From Paludibacteraceae bacterium (lineage in GTDB: Bacteria; Bacteroidota; Bacteroidia; Bacteroidales; Paludibacteraceae), in the NCBI GenBank assembly GCA_017517845.1, contig JAFWXW010000027.1, positions 17,076 to 81,075 on the forward strand: a stretch of 64,000 nt of DNA. The letters are read 5' to 3'. Below are positions 37,715-47,579 of the stretch, piece after piece (within the stretch, counting starts at the first letter, position 1; every line of letters starts with the position of its first letter). The position numbers and the translations under genes are program-made. The notes under the pieces are model-generated. The model was not told the origin of the DNA. It did no database searches and saw nothing but the letters and a program-made list of their open reading frames with translations.

Positions 37715-38434
37715 ATGAAAATAGCATTAATTGGATACGGAAAAATGGGTAAAACCATAGAGCAAATAGCTATATCTAGAGGTCATGAAGTGGTATGCAG
37801 AATAGATATAGATAATCAAGAAGATTTTAACAGTGAAGAATTTAAGTCTGCCGATGTGGCTATAGAGTTTACAGCACCAAAAGTGGCAGTAAGTAATTAT
37901 ATAAAGGCTTTTAATTCTGGAGTTTCTGTTGTGTCTGGTACAACTGGTTGGACAGAAAAAATGCCAGAAGTAGAAGCATTATGTAATGAAAAAGGATTGG
38001 CATTCTTCTGGACATCAAACTTTAGTCTAGGTGTGAATGTATTTTTTGCTGTGAATAAATATTTAGCCAAGATTATGAATCAGTTTGAAAACTACAATGT
38101 TTCTATGACTGAGGTACACCATACACAAAAATTGGACGCTCCTAGTGGTACAGCTATTAGTTTGGCAGATGATATTCTTTCTCAACTAGATAGAAAAACT
38201 TCTTGGGAACTAGCAGAAGAAGAAACAGCTTCTGATAAATTACCAATTAAAGCAATTCGTGAAGGACAAGTTCCTGGTATCCATACTATTAGGTACGAAT
38301 CAGAAGTTGATTCTATTACTATTACTCACGATGCAAAAAGCAGAATGGGATTTGCACTAGGTGCAGTTTTAGCTGCCGAATTTACCTGTGGTAAAAAAGG
38401 TATGTTAAGTATGAATGATATGTTAAAATTCTAA
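37715..38434 (+). CDS. dapB: 4-hydroxy-tetrahydrodipicolinate reductase
   Basis: KIALIGYGKMGK NAD(P) motif, EVHHTQKLDAPSGTA. Confidence 0.9.
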   Translation: MKIALIGYGKMGKTIEQIAISRGHEVVCRIDIDNQEDFNSEEFKSADVAIEFTAPKVAVSNYIKAFNSGVSVVSGTTGWTEKMPEVEALCNEKGLAFFWTSNFSLGVNVFFAVNKYLAKIMNQFENYNVSMTEVHHTQKLDAPSGTAISLADDILSQLDRKTSWELAEEETASDKLPIKAIREGQVPGIHTIRYESEVDSITITHDAKSRMGFALGAVLAAEFTCGKKGMLSMNDMLKF

Positions 38435-38436
38435 GC

Positions 38437-39840
38437 ATGATTAAATTTAAAGAAATTCCTTTAAAACAATGGATCAAGGCATTAATTGCTAGTATCATAT
38501 ATATTCTATTCATAGTTTGGGTAGGAAATTTTTGGTGGTTATTGCTTCTGCCATTAATTTTGGATGTATATTTAACCAAAATAATACCTTGGACATTTTG
38601 GAAAAAAACAAAGAATAAATTTCTATATAGTGTGATGAGTTGGGTTGATGCCATTGTATTCGCATTAGTAGCAGTTTATTTTATTAATACCTACTTATTC
38701 CAAAATTATAAGATTCCAACATCTTCACTAGAAAAGTCACTTTTGGTGGGGGATTATTTGTTGGTAGATAAGGTGACATACGGTCCACGTGTGCCTATGA
38801 CTCCTCTGTCTTTTCCATTAGCACAACATACATTGCCTGTGCTTAATTGTAAATCATATCTAGAAACACTTTCATGGGATTATCGCAGATTGGCGGGATT
38901 GGATACTATTAAAGCATTGGATATAGTGGTGTTTAACTTTCCTGCAGGTGATACTGTGGCATCTAAGGTTCAAGTACCAGATTATTACACATTGTGTGAG
39001 TTTTATGGAAGAGAACAGGTCTGGAACAATAAAGAATATTTTGGAGAAATAGTGGTGCGTCCTGTGGATAGACGTGAAAACTATGTTAAGCGTTGCGTAG
39101 GACTTCCAGGTGATAGTCTGCAAATTATAGAAGGGCAAATATACATTAATGGCATAGCTCAACATAATCCAGATAATCTTCAGAAAAATTATTTAGTAAT
39201 GACCGATGGCAGAAAGATTTCTGATGAACAATTTGAAAGATTAGGGGTGAGTGTAAATGACAGAACATTGATTAATAATTGGAGAAACGGAGATGTTATT
39301 TTACAGTCTCTTCAATATCCAGTTAATGAGAAAAATGGATATAATCCTGTATATTATCTACCATTGACTGTGAAGGCTCTTAATCAAATCAAGAATTTCC
39401 CAAATGTATTGGAAGTGATAAATGATCCAGATTTGTTCTCACATCAGGTATATCCTAAAGCATATACACAATGGTCTAGAGATAATTATGGTCCTATATA
39501 CATACCACGAAAAGGTGCTACAGTGGATATTAATCTAGAAAATTATCCTTTGTACGAACGTTTAATTCGTGCATACGAGGGTAATGAACTTCAAGTGAAA
39601 GATTCTACCATTTATATAAATGGAGAAGTTGCTACTGAATATACATTCAAGATGAATTATTACTGGATGATGGGTGATAATCGTCATAATTCAGAAGACT
39701 CTCGTTATTGGGGATATGTGCCAGAAGACCACATTGTGGGTAAACCACAATTTGTTTGGTTATCTGTGGATAAAGATAAATCTGGTTTCAATGCTATTAG
39801 ATGGAACCGTTTCTTTAAATGGGTAGATAATATAAAATGA
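38437..39840 (+). CDS. lepB: signal peptidase I
   Basis: SSLEKSLLVGDYLLVDK (Ser box), YVKRCVGLPGD (Lys box), GDNRHNSEDSRYWGYV. Confidence 0.85.
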   Translation: MIKFKEIPLKQWIKALIASIIYILFIVWVGNFWWLLLLPLILDVYLTKIIPWTFWKKTKNKFLYSVMSWVDAIVFALVAVYFINTYLFQNYKIPTSSLEKSLLVGDYLLVDKVTYGPRVPMTPLSFPLAQHTLPVLNCKSYLETLSWDYRRLAGLDTIKALDIVVFNFPAGDTVASKVQVPDYYTLCEFYGREQVWNNKEYFGEIVVRPVDRRENYVKRCVGLPGDSLQIIEGQIYINGIAQHNPDNLQKNYLVMTDGRKISDEQFERLGVSVNDRTLINNWRNGDVILQSLQYPVNEKNGYNPVYYLPLTVKALNQIKNFPNVLEVINDPDLFSHQVYPKAYTQWSRDNYGPIYIPRKGATVDINLENYPLYERLIRAYEGNELQVKDSTIYINGEVATEYTFKMNYYWMMGDNRHNSEDSRYWGYVPEDHIVGKPQFVWLSVDKDKSGFNAIRWNRFFKWVDNIK

Positions 39841-40457
39841 TAGCTCCAATAGTTATACCTGCATATTCTGGAAATGTTCAGTATTATTCTATACTTTCAC
39901 ATTTCTCAGAGGTATATCTAGAGCAATATTCTCATTATATCAAGCAAACATACAGAAATAGATGTCAGATTCTTACAGCCAATGGGGTGATGAATCTGAC
40001 CATTCCTGTAGATAAGATTTCTGGAGAAAAGATGCTAGACAAGGATGTGAGAATTTCTAATACAGATTGGCAACGCGTACATTGGGGAGCAATAGAGTCT
40101 GCTTATAACAATAGTCCTTTCTTTTTATATTATTCCGATGATATTAGACCTATGTATGAGAAAAAATATGAATTTCTTTTAGATTTCAATTTGGAATTAC
40201 AAGAGGTTTTGTTGTCTTTGTTGGGTCTAGATGTGCAGTTGAAACTCACAGAACATTATATAGAGTCTTCAGAAATAGATTTTAGAGAAAAATTGTCTCC
40301 TAAATATAAAGGTGAAACACCAAATTTTAATCCTAAGCCATATTATCAAGTCTTTAAAGAAAAGTTTGGATTTGTAGAAAATCTGAGCATTTATGACCTA
40401 TTATTTAATATGGGCAATGAAAGTATTTTAGTCTTAAAAGATTCATATATTAAATGA
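39837..40457 (+). CDS. WbqC-like family protein
   Basis: YIKQTYRNRCQILTANGVMNLTIPV and NSPFFLYY blocks as in WbqC family; overlaps both neighbours by 4 nt. Confidence 0.65.
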   Translation: MIAPIVIPAYSGNVQYYSILSHFSEVYLEQYSHYIKQTYRNRCQILTANGVMNLTIPVDKISGEKMLDKDVRISNTDWQRVHWGAIESAYNNSPFFLYYSDDIRPMYEKKYEFLLDFNLELQEVLLSLLGLDVQLKLTEHYIESSEIDFREKLSPKYKGETPNFNPKPYYQVFKEKFGFVENLSIYDLLFNMGNESILVLKDSYIK

Positions 40458-42565
40458 AAAGATTCTCTCTACTTATATTATCAATCTTATTTTTTTGCCA
40501 ACTAATGGCACAATATGAATCTGCAGGAAAACCATTGAGGTTTTCTACCGAAAGTGTAGGATTAAAACGCAGTTTATCATCATTCTACGTCGATATACAG
40601 GCAGATACTACCAAAATATTTGCAGAAACTCAGGGGAGAAAATTGATTTCTGGTGTTACATCAAATGTGGATATTTCTATGAATGACGGTGTTACATTTG
40701 TAGAAGAAGGATTAAAAGTGTGGAGAGTAGGGGTGAAATCAAAGAATGCCAAAGGGATTTCATTGTTTTTTGATAGATTCTTGTTGCCAGAAGGAGGAAA
40801 ACTCTTTGTATATAATCCAGATCAGTCTATAGTTTACGGGGCATTTACATCAGAAAATAATAATTCTGAAAATAAATTATTAATAAGACCATTGAGTTCT
40901 GATTCTCTAGTGGTAGAATATTTAGAACCGATAAATGCTTCATTTAAAGCAGATTTACATATTTCGTTGGCTACACATGAGATGCGTTCAGTAAATCAGT
41001 TTTTAAAATCAAATCTTTGTTCTCCTCATGCATCACATGAAGACAAAGCTTCTTTGCTGAAACAGTCTGTGTGTCTGCTATTTATGGTGGGAACTACTAG
41101 CTCTAGTTATGGTTCTGGTTCATTGATAAATAATCCAGAACATAAACCATACGTTTATACTGCGGGACACAATATAGAATACGCAGATTTGGCCACTAGG
41201 ACTATTTATTATTTCAATTATGAGGTACCTGTGCAGGATAGTACATTTCAGGGAAGTTACCAATTTACCATTTCTGGTTCCAAATTGCTTTCTAGAGATA
41301 TTGATGTAGATTTTGCCTTAGTAGAGCTTAATAAAATGCCTCCTGCTGAGTATAGACCTTATTTGGCTGGTTGGACTAGAAATACACCCAAAGCACCACT
41401 TATGTGCATTCAGCATCCCTATGGTGATGTTAAAAAGGTAAGTTATACAGAAACAGTACCAACTATTAGTTATTTTGAAGATTCTAATATCAAGACTTAT
41501 TGGTGGGTAAAAACTTGGAACAAAGGTGTTACAGAAGTTGGTTCTTCTGGTTCTCCACTTTTCGATGCAGATGGTTATATTGTAGGTGAACTTACGGGTG
41601 GCGAATCATATTGTGATACTCCACATGATGATTATTTCTGTATGTTGTCTCAAGCGTGGGATTATTATTCCGAAAAAGAAAAACATTTAGTTTCATATTT
41701 AGATCCTCAAGGTGAAAATCTTATGTATATGGAGGGGTATAATCCATATTCAACAGCTCCGGTTAGAAGAATAAGTAATATTACCAACGAGGATAAAGTT
41801 TCTATAAATAGAATAAATCATAATCCATTAATTGGTCATAATTCATATGGCTATACAGAATATGCAGAGAAGTTTGAACTAGAAAATCCAGTTTATGTTT
41901 ATGGCACTTATATGATACCATTTAAGGGAAAATATAATGCTAGTCTTCCTGTTAAGGTAAATGTATATTCTGGAACTGACAAACCAGAAAAGTTATTATC
42001 TAGTGCAGAAGTTTATCCAACAGAGGCATTTTGCAATAGGTCTGGTGTTTGGTCAGAAAAACTCATTGAGAAATATAATAAAAAGGAAATTTATGTTCAT
42101 TTGGAAAAACCAGTATTGGTAGAAGATAATTTATTTGTATCTATACAGATAAAGTATGAAAATTTGACATCTGCAGATTCTCTTATTTTGGCATCTGCTG
42201 TAAACAAAGAAGAATGTACTGCATTTTTCTATAATGGAGGTTGGAAATCATTTAATAATCACCCAAGTGGAAATTTAAATGCTAGTATATGGTTGGATCC
42301 TGTGGTGGCAAATAAAAATGTGGTGAGTATAGAAGAAATAGAATCAAAATCTTTTAATTATAGAGTATATCCAAACCCAACACAAGGCGATGTGTTTGTA
42401 GATGTTTCGTTTGAAGGAGAGTATAAACTATATAATCTAATAGGAAATCTTATTCAATATGAAAACTATTCTGGTTTAATTAGTTTGCCAGAAAAAGGTG
42501 TTTATATATTGGAGTTAAATCCTAAGGTAGGTAAAAAAGAAACTCATAAACTAATCTGCCGTTAA
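40454..42565 (+). CDS. trypsin-like (S1) serine endopeptidase with T9SS C-terminal domain
   Basis: Catalytic contexts YTAGHN, DFALVEL, GSSGSPLF; tail YRVYPNPTQGDVFV...GVYILEL. Confidence 0.7.
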   Translation: MKRFSLLILSILFFCQLMAQYESAGKPLRFSTESVGLKRSLSSFYVDIQADTTKIFAETQGRKLISGVTSNVDISMNDGVTFVEEGLKVWRVGVKSKNAKGISLFFDRFLLPEGGKLFVYNPDQSIVYGAFTSENNNSENKLLIRPLSSDSLVVEYLEPINASFKADLHISLATHEMRSVNQFLKSNLCSPHASHEDKASLLKQSVCLLFMVGTTSSSYGSGSLINNPEHKPYVYTAGHNIEYADLATRTIYYFNYEVPVQDSTFQGSYQFTISGSKLLSRDIDVDFALVELNKMPPAEYRPYLAGWTRNTPKAPLMCIQHPYGDVKKVSYTETVPTISYFEDSNIKTYWWVKTWNKGVTEVGSSGSPLFDADGYIVGELTGGESYCDTPHDDYFCMLSQAWDYYSEKEKHLVSYLDPQGENLMYMEGYNPYSTAPVRRISNITNEDKVSINRINHNPLIGHNSYGYTEYAEKFELENPVYVYGTYMIPFKGKYNASLPVKVNVYSGTDKPEKLLSSAEVYPTEAFCNRSGVWSEKLIEKYNKKEIYVHLEKPVLVEDNLFVSIQIKYENLTSADSLILASAVNKEECTAFFYNGGWKSFNNHPSGNLNASIWLDPVVANKNVVSIEEIESKSFNYRVYPNPTQGDVFVDVSFEGEYKLYNLIGNLIQYENYSGLISLPEKGVYILELNPKVGKKETHKLICR

Positions 42566-43218
42566 TGTTACATTCCACCAAAGGTATAGTTCTTCGTTTA
42601 GTCCAATACAAGGATAATAGTTATATAGCAGAGATTTTTACACAGAAATTTGGTAAGGTAAGTTTTTCTGTGCATCGTCCGCAGAGTAAAAAGGCATCTA
42701 TTAGAAACTATCATCTAATGCCGTTTTCTCTTATTGATATGCAGATAGAATATAAGGAGAATAGGGATATTCAGAAAATCTGTGAAGCAAATCTCTCTCC
42801 AGAATATTATGCCGTTGTAGAAAGTCCTGTGAAACAGTTAATCTGTCAATTTATGGCTGAGGTGGTGAGTAAAACCATAGAAAGAAATAATGCAGATGAA
42901 ATGCTTTTTGGTTATTTCACTTCTCTAATTAATACAATATCTTCCGAAAATAATTTAGGAAAATTTCCTTTGGATTTTCTTTTGGGATACGCCCAATATT
43001 TGGGAATCTATCCAGATGATAAAGAGAGTAATGAGTTTATTTCACTACTTTCTGTTGCAGATAGGGAGGTTTTATTATCTGTTATAAATGAGGACAAGGA
43101 ATTAAATAGGGTAGATAGACGTAGGGCAATACATCTTCTTTTGAAGTATTATCAATATTTTCTCCCTTCTATGGGTACAATTAAATCACTTGATGTGATT
43201 ACTGATGTACTTGGCTAA
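42565..43218 (+). CDS. recO: DNA repair protein RecO
   Basis: N-terminal OB-fold-like TKGIVLRLVQYKDNSYIAEIFTQKFGKVSF; 217 aa. Confidence 0.75.
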   Translation: MLHSTKGIVLRLVQYKDNSYIAEIFTQKFGKVSFSVHRPQSKKASIRNYHLMPFSLIDMQIEYKENRDIQKICEANLSPEYYAVVESPVKQLICQFMAEVVSKTIERNNADEMLFGYFTSLINTISSENNLGKFPLDFLLGYAQYLGIYPDDKESNEFISLLSVADREVLLSVINEDKELNRVDRRRAIHLLLKYYQYFLPSMGTIKSLDVITDVLG

Positions 43219-44256
43219 ATATTCTTGCTCTGTTTGACCAGGGGTTGGGATAAGTGTAGCATTTTGTAGTTTTCCTAAAGCATATAAGTCCATAATACTA
43301 CTATATCCGCTGCGGCAAATAATTTTATCTGCTTTGAGTATATATTCTTGTAGTTCTTCTGCACTCATGTAGTTGTACACTATTACTTTACCTACTTTTG
43401 TAATCTTTTGCTGAGCTTCAATTTTTCCTTGCACAAGTATGATATTTTCATGTGGATTATCTTGAAGTGAAGTCAAAAGTTCTTCTTCAAACATTGTTCG
43501 TTGAGGCTCCGCTCCAGATAATATAGTTAGGAGTGAGGAGTTAGGAGTGAGGAGTGAGGAATTTTGCGAGTAAGCGAGAGCAATGTTAAGCTTGCTTATG
43601 CATAGCCGAGCGGGAGCAAAATCACGGGCGCAGTCCGTAATTATGGTTTCATGCCCGTAGGGTGTGCATCTTTTAGAAAATCTAGAAATCGCCCCAATAT
43701 ATTTCACACATCGTGGCATTATAGCCGGATGTGAAAGTTCACCCGCAAGCGATTTCTCTTTGTTTTCATAGTCTGGAACCCAGCATTCTGTAAACCTATT
43801 TATAATGCACCTGTGAACAAATGCAACAAAAGGCTCTAGCCACGTCCAACCTTTGGGTAATTTTATCCAAAGTTGGTGGGTAATATATGCAGAAGGGGTG
43901 GTATTATGAAAAAGTCCAAATCTATTGTCAGAGACAATGAAGTCTATATTTTCTTCCTTTACTATTCTTTTTAAGACTTGATGCTCCTTAATGCTATAAA
44001 AGATAAGTCTTGGGAATGCTTTCACCACAGCCCATACCTGAGAATTTCCAGAAGAATATTTCATCTTAAAAGATGGAATCTCTATAGAATGCAGAGTGGG
44101 GAATTGCTTTTTTAGGAGTTCCAAAGACAGACCAGAACCAGCGATAATAACATTATCGCCTAGTTCTATGTATCTGTTTATAATGGGAATAATTCTAGAC
44201 GCATGACCCAATCCCCAGTCTAATGGTGAAATTAATATGCGTCTATTATTTTTCAT
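43186..44256 (-). CDS. GT-B glycosyltransferase (GT28/MGT-like) carrying a 49-codon repeat-element insertion
   Basis: N-terminal ISPLDWGLGHASR, C-terminal CRSGYSSIMDL...IPTPGQTEQE; residues RCTPYG...SSLLT are encoded by repeat locus B. Confidence 0.7.
   Translation of the reverse strand: MKNNRRILISPLDWGLGHASRIIPIINRYIELGDNVIIAGSGLSLELLKKQFPTLHSIEIPSFKMKYSSGNSQVWAVVKAFPRLIFYSIKEHQVLKRIVKEENIDFIVSDNRFGLFHNTTPSAYITHQLWIKLPKGWTWLEPFVAFVHRCIINRFTECWVPDYENKEKSLAGELSHPAIMPRCVKYIGAISRFSKRCTPYGHETIITDCARDFAPARLCISKLNIALAYSQNSSLLTPNSSLLTILSGAEPQRTMFEEELLTSLQDNPHENIILVQGKIEAQQKITKVGKVIVYNYMSAEELQEYILKADKIICRSGYSSIMDLYALGKLQNATLIPTPGQTEQEYLAKYISNHIK
43525..43671 (-). repeat. mosaic repeat element, locus B, inside the glycosyltransferase ORF
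   Basis: Minus strand reads Ma TGCACACCCTACGGGCATG, Mc GATTTTGCTCCCG, Md CTCGGC-hairpin-TGCTCTCGCTTACTCGCAAAATT, then 5 heptamers (TTCCTCA CTCCTCA CTCCTAA CTCCTCA CTCCTAA). Confidence 0.85.
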
Positions 44257-45011
44257 GGAGTAACTAATGTGTTTAAACCTATCTTTTTAACTCGTTTTTC
44301 TATTTCGCGAAGTTCATTTTCATCTACATGCACAAGTCCTTCAATTGGCACTTTTCTGTCTATGCTATAAATTTGCACTAGTCGTGGTTGGATAAGTTTC
44401 AATGCATTAATCCATGCAGTTACCTCTTCTTCTGTAGTGTTATCTATGCCGTTCCCTTTAACAAACATAGTTTGAACTATGCAGTTGTCTTTGAACTGTG
44501 CTATCTGTGAAATAAGAGTTTCTATGTCAAAATTTGGATTAACTGGTTGGTTAATTTTTTGAATAGTTTCTTTTTTTGCACTATCTAGCTTCAAGATGTT
44601 GTTATCTACTCTTTTAAGTGCAAAAACAACATCTTTGTTGGCAAGTTGCCAAGCATTGGTTAATACAGAAATTACAGCATCTGGGTAATAGGTGTTTCTA
44701 AGGTGAATAACATCTTCTACTATGTTTTTGAAATCTGGGTGCATAGTAGGTTCTCCATTACCAGCAAATGTAAATGTATCAATCACAGCATTAGAAGACT
44801 TTAGTTCTTTGAGTCTGGCTTCTAATTCTTTGCTAACTTCTTCTCTTGTAGATAGTTTTGTGTCTTCTCTGCCGTCTTTGTTCAAACCGCATTCACAATA
44901 AACACAGTCAAAAGAGCATATTTTCCCATTGTTAGGTAAAAGATTTATACCCAACGAATTTCCTAGTCTGCGACTACGAATAGGTCCAAATATAGTGGTA
45001 TTAAATAACAT
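44253..45011 (-). CDS. radical SAM protein
   Basis: CSFDCVYCEC CxxxCxxC cluster near N-terminus; ATGA overlap with the glycosyltransferase gene. Confidence 0.8.
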   Translation of the reverse strand: MLFNTTIFGPIRSRRLGNSLGINLLPNNGKICSFDCVYCECGLNKDGREDTKLSTREEVSKELEARLKELKSSNAVIDTFTFAGNGEPTMHPDFKNIVEDVIHLRNTYYPDAVISVLTNAWQLANKDVVFALKRVDNNILKLDSAKKETIQKINQPVNPNFDIETLISQIAQFKDNCIVQTMFVKGNGIDNTTEEEVTAWINALKLIQPRLVQIYSIDRKVPIEGLVHVDENELREIEKRVKKIGLNTLVTP

Positions 45012-46332
45012 TTAAAAGTTCTTTTTCTTTTTCTTCTACTTTTTCAAATGGGAATTCTTCCAAAATACCTTCCATTAGAGCAGATATTTTGTCGTTGCAA
45101 AGATTTCCTATACTACCTTCGTGAGTGTGATTGACAGTTTTGTTAGGAGTAAAATTACCTTTTTCAATTGCCATGCCCACTTGCTTATATGCATCTCTAA
45201 ATGGAACGCCCTCTAGTGTTAGTCTATTAACTTCTTCTACACTGAATATTAAATCATATTTAGGGTCGTCTAGGATATTTTCGTTGATTTTGATTTTTTC
45301 TATCATGCTACGAGTCATGGCTAGAATATCAACCATTTCATCAAATAGAGGTAGATAAACTTCTTTAATGATTTGTAAATCACGGAAATAACCAGAAGGA
45401 AGGTTGTTAATAATCATTGTGATTTGTTGAGGAACGCCTTGTATTTTGTTACATTTTGCTCTGGTCAATTCAAATACGTCAGGGTTCTTTTTGTGTGGCA
45501 TAATACTAGAACCAGTAGTAAACTCGTCTGCTAGTTTAAGGAAACCAAAGTTTTGGTTGGTAAACATACAACTATCAAATGCTAGTTTTGATATAGTTCC
45601 AGCCACAGATGCTAGTGCAGAAGCTACTATTCGTTCTGTTTTACCACGCCCCATTTGGGCATAAACCACGTTATAGTCCATACTATCAAAACCTAGTAGG
45701 TCTGTAGTCATTTGTCTGTTTAGAGGGAAAGAGTTTCCATATCCTGCAGCGGAGCCAAGAGGGTTACGATTAACCACTTTATATGCACTTAGAAGTAGTT
45801 GCATATCATCTAGAAGACTTTCTGCATATGCTCCAAACCATAACCCAAAAGATGATGGCATTGCTATTTGTAGGTGAGTATAACCAGGCATTAGAACGTT
45901 TTTATAACGTTCACTTTGGCTTATTAAACTATTGAAAAGAGCATAAACTTCTTCTACAACTTCTTTTAATTTTGCACGAGAGAAAAGGCGTAAATCTACT
46001 AGAACTTGGTCATTTCTAGAACGACCGCTGTGTAGTTTTTTGCCTACTTCGCCAAGTTGCATTTCCACTTGAGAGTGAATATCTTCTACACCATCTTCTA
46101 TTACAAATTCGTCATTTTCTATTTGGTTAAAGATTTCTTTAAGACCTTTTAAAATGGCACTTAGGTCTGTTTTTTCTAGTAAACCAATAGATTCTAGCAT
46201 TTTGGCGTGAGCCATAGAACCTAATACATCATAGCGTGCTATATACATATCCATCTCTGCATCTTTGCCTATAGTATAACGTTCTATGTCGCTATTTACG
46301 ATGGTTTCTTTTTGCCAAAGTTTGTTTGCCAT
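45001..46332 (-). CDS. argH: argininosuccinate lyase
   Basis: GSSIMPHKKNPD fumarate-lyase signature; 443 aa. Confidence 0.9.
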   Translation of the reverse strand: MANKLWQKETIVNSDIERYTIGKDAEMDMYIARYDVLGSMAHAKMLESIGLLEKTDLSAILKGLKEIFNQIENDEFVIEDGVEDIHSQVEMQLGEVGKKLHSGRSRNDQVLVDLRLFSRAKLKEVVEEVYALFNSLISQSERYKNVLMPGYTHLQIAMPSSFGLWFGAYAESLLDDMQLLLSAYKVVNRNPLGSAAGYGNSFPLNRQMTTDLLGFDSMDYNVVYAQMGRGKTERIVASALASVAGTISKLAFDSCMFTNQNFGFLKLADEFTTGSSIMPHKKNPDVFELTRAKCNKIQGVPQQITMIINNLPSGYFRDLQIIKEVYLPLFDEMVDILAMTRSMIEKIKINENILDDPKYDLIFSVEEVNRLTLEGVPFRDAYKQVGMAIEKGNFTPNKTVNHTHEGSIGNLCNDKISALMEGILEEFPFEKVEEKEKELLNVI

Positions 46333-46336
46333 ATAA

Positions 46337-46753
46337 TTAATATTGAATTTTAGTAAGTAAATCTGCCACTTGGTCTAGACCATTGGCAAGTTTGTCTTTA
46401 ATAAACATTTTTATCATGAAAGGAAGGTCTGCCTTAAATGTAATTTTGGCTTTGGTGTCATAAGGTGCCTTTTCTACTAGTTGAATCCAAATGTTGAATT
46501 CTACAGGAGACTTGTCTGATGCAAACTTTATACACTTATACTCCTCTCTTTCCACTATTTTAACACCTACTTCACCCATATTTTCCACATTGAAACTACA
46601 AGTATCTGCAGTAAGATGAATATCTTCTGCTTTAATCTTGTCTTGTGGAATATTGGCTAATATAGGTCTTAAATTTTCTAGATTAGAAAGTTTCTCAAAA
46701 ATAGATTTAGCGTTGCTATTAATGTGAACTATCTTACTTTCAAATGTATCCAT
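46337..46753 (-). CDS. hypothetical protein (possibly SRPBCC-like)
   Basis: Start moved to ATG 46753 (MDTFESK) to remove a 65-nt overlap with pyrE. Confidence 0.45.
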   Translation of the reverse strand: MDTFESKIVHINSNAKSIFEKLSNLENLRPILANIPQDKIKAEDIHLTADTCSFNVENMGEVGVKIVEREEYKCIKFASDKSPVEFNIWIQLVEKAPYDTKAKITFKADLPFMIKMFIKDKLANGLDQVADLLTKIQY

Positions 46754-46754
46754 A

Positions 46755-47393
46755 TCAATCTTTTTTCCAATTACTTGGATCTTTACGCCATTCTTGTAGG
46801 GTAGGAAGCATGTCTTCACTAATATAATTGGTTTCTAATGCTAGTTTAAGAACAGCCTCATAATTGGAAAGAGTGGTAAGTTCCACATTTGCAGCAGCAA
46901 ATTGTTCTTGTGCTATAGGGAAACCGTATGTGAAAATGGCAACCATACCTAAAACATCACATTTCTTTTCATTTCTAAGAGCAGCTACAGCTTTTAAACT
47001 ACTACCACCTGTAGAAATAAGGTCTTCTACTACTACCACTTTTTTGCCTTCTTCTAGATAACCTTCTACTAGGTTTTCCATACCGTGGTCTTTTTTAGAA
47101 GAGCGAACATATACAAAAGGAAGTCCTAGAGCATCAGCTACTAGAGCACCTTGTGCAATGGCACCTGTAGCAACACCAGCAATGGCTTCTACATCTGGAT
47201 ATTTTTCTAGAATGATACGAGATAATTCCAATTTTATTAAACTACGAACATCTGGATAAGAAAGAGTTTTTCTGTTATCACAATAAATAGGTGATTTCCA
47301 ACCAGAAGCCCATGTAAAAGGTTGATTAGGTTGTAATTTAACGGCTTGAACGCCAAGTAAGCGAGACGCTACTAAACTTTCTACTGTATTCAT
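46755..47393 (-). CDS. pyrE: orotate phosphoribosyltransferase
   Basis: PRPP motif VVVVEDLISTGGS; start at ATG 47393 (MNTVESL) is consistent with the -7 box at 47422-47429. Confidence 0.9.
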   Translation of the reverse strand: MNTVESLVASRLLGVQAVKLQPNQPFTWASGWKSPIYCDNRKTLSYPDVRSLIKLELSRIILEKYPDVEAIAGVATGAIAQGALVADALGLPFVYVRSSKKDHGMENLVEGYLEEGKKVVVVEDLISTGGSSLKAVAALRNEKKCDVLGMVAIFTYGFPIAQEQFAAANVELTTLSNYEAVLKLALETNYISEDMLPTLQEWRKDPSNWKKD

Positions 47394-47421
47394 TTTGTAA
47401 TATTTTAAGTGTCTATTTTTG

Positions 47422-47429
47422 CAAAGATA
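47422..47429 (-). promoter_or_regulatory. -7 box (CAAAGATA on plus strand) for pyrE
   Basis: 28 nt upstream of ATG 47393; lies inside the longer ORF prediction, arguing against it. Confidence 0.4.
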
Positions 47430-47492
47430 CAACAGAAAAATGAAAAGATAAATAAATTTTAATACTGATTTTGTCAATATGAAAAAATAACG

Positions 47493-47500
47493 TATTTTTG
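47493..47500 (+). promoter_or_regulatory. -7 box TATTTTTG for pgm
   Basis: 79 nt upstream of ATG 47580. Confidence 0.35.
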
Positions 47501-47579
47501 CAACTATATTGATGTAAGATTTGACATCATATTGTAATCATTTAATAAACAATTCAGAATACAATTTTATACATTATAT

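Noticed and set aside
46755-47477. Long forms of pyrE (240 aa) and of the 46337-46819 ORF
   Set aside because: The extensions encode implausible N-termini (MTKSVLKFIYLFIFLLYLCKN...) and create a 65-nt overlap. The pyrE extension also runs over the -7 box at 47422-47429. Internal ATGs at 47393 and 46753 give standard N-termini.
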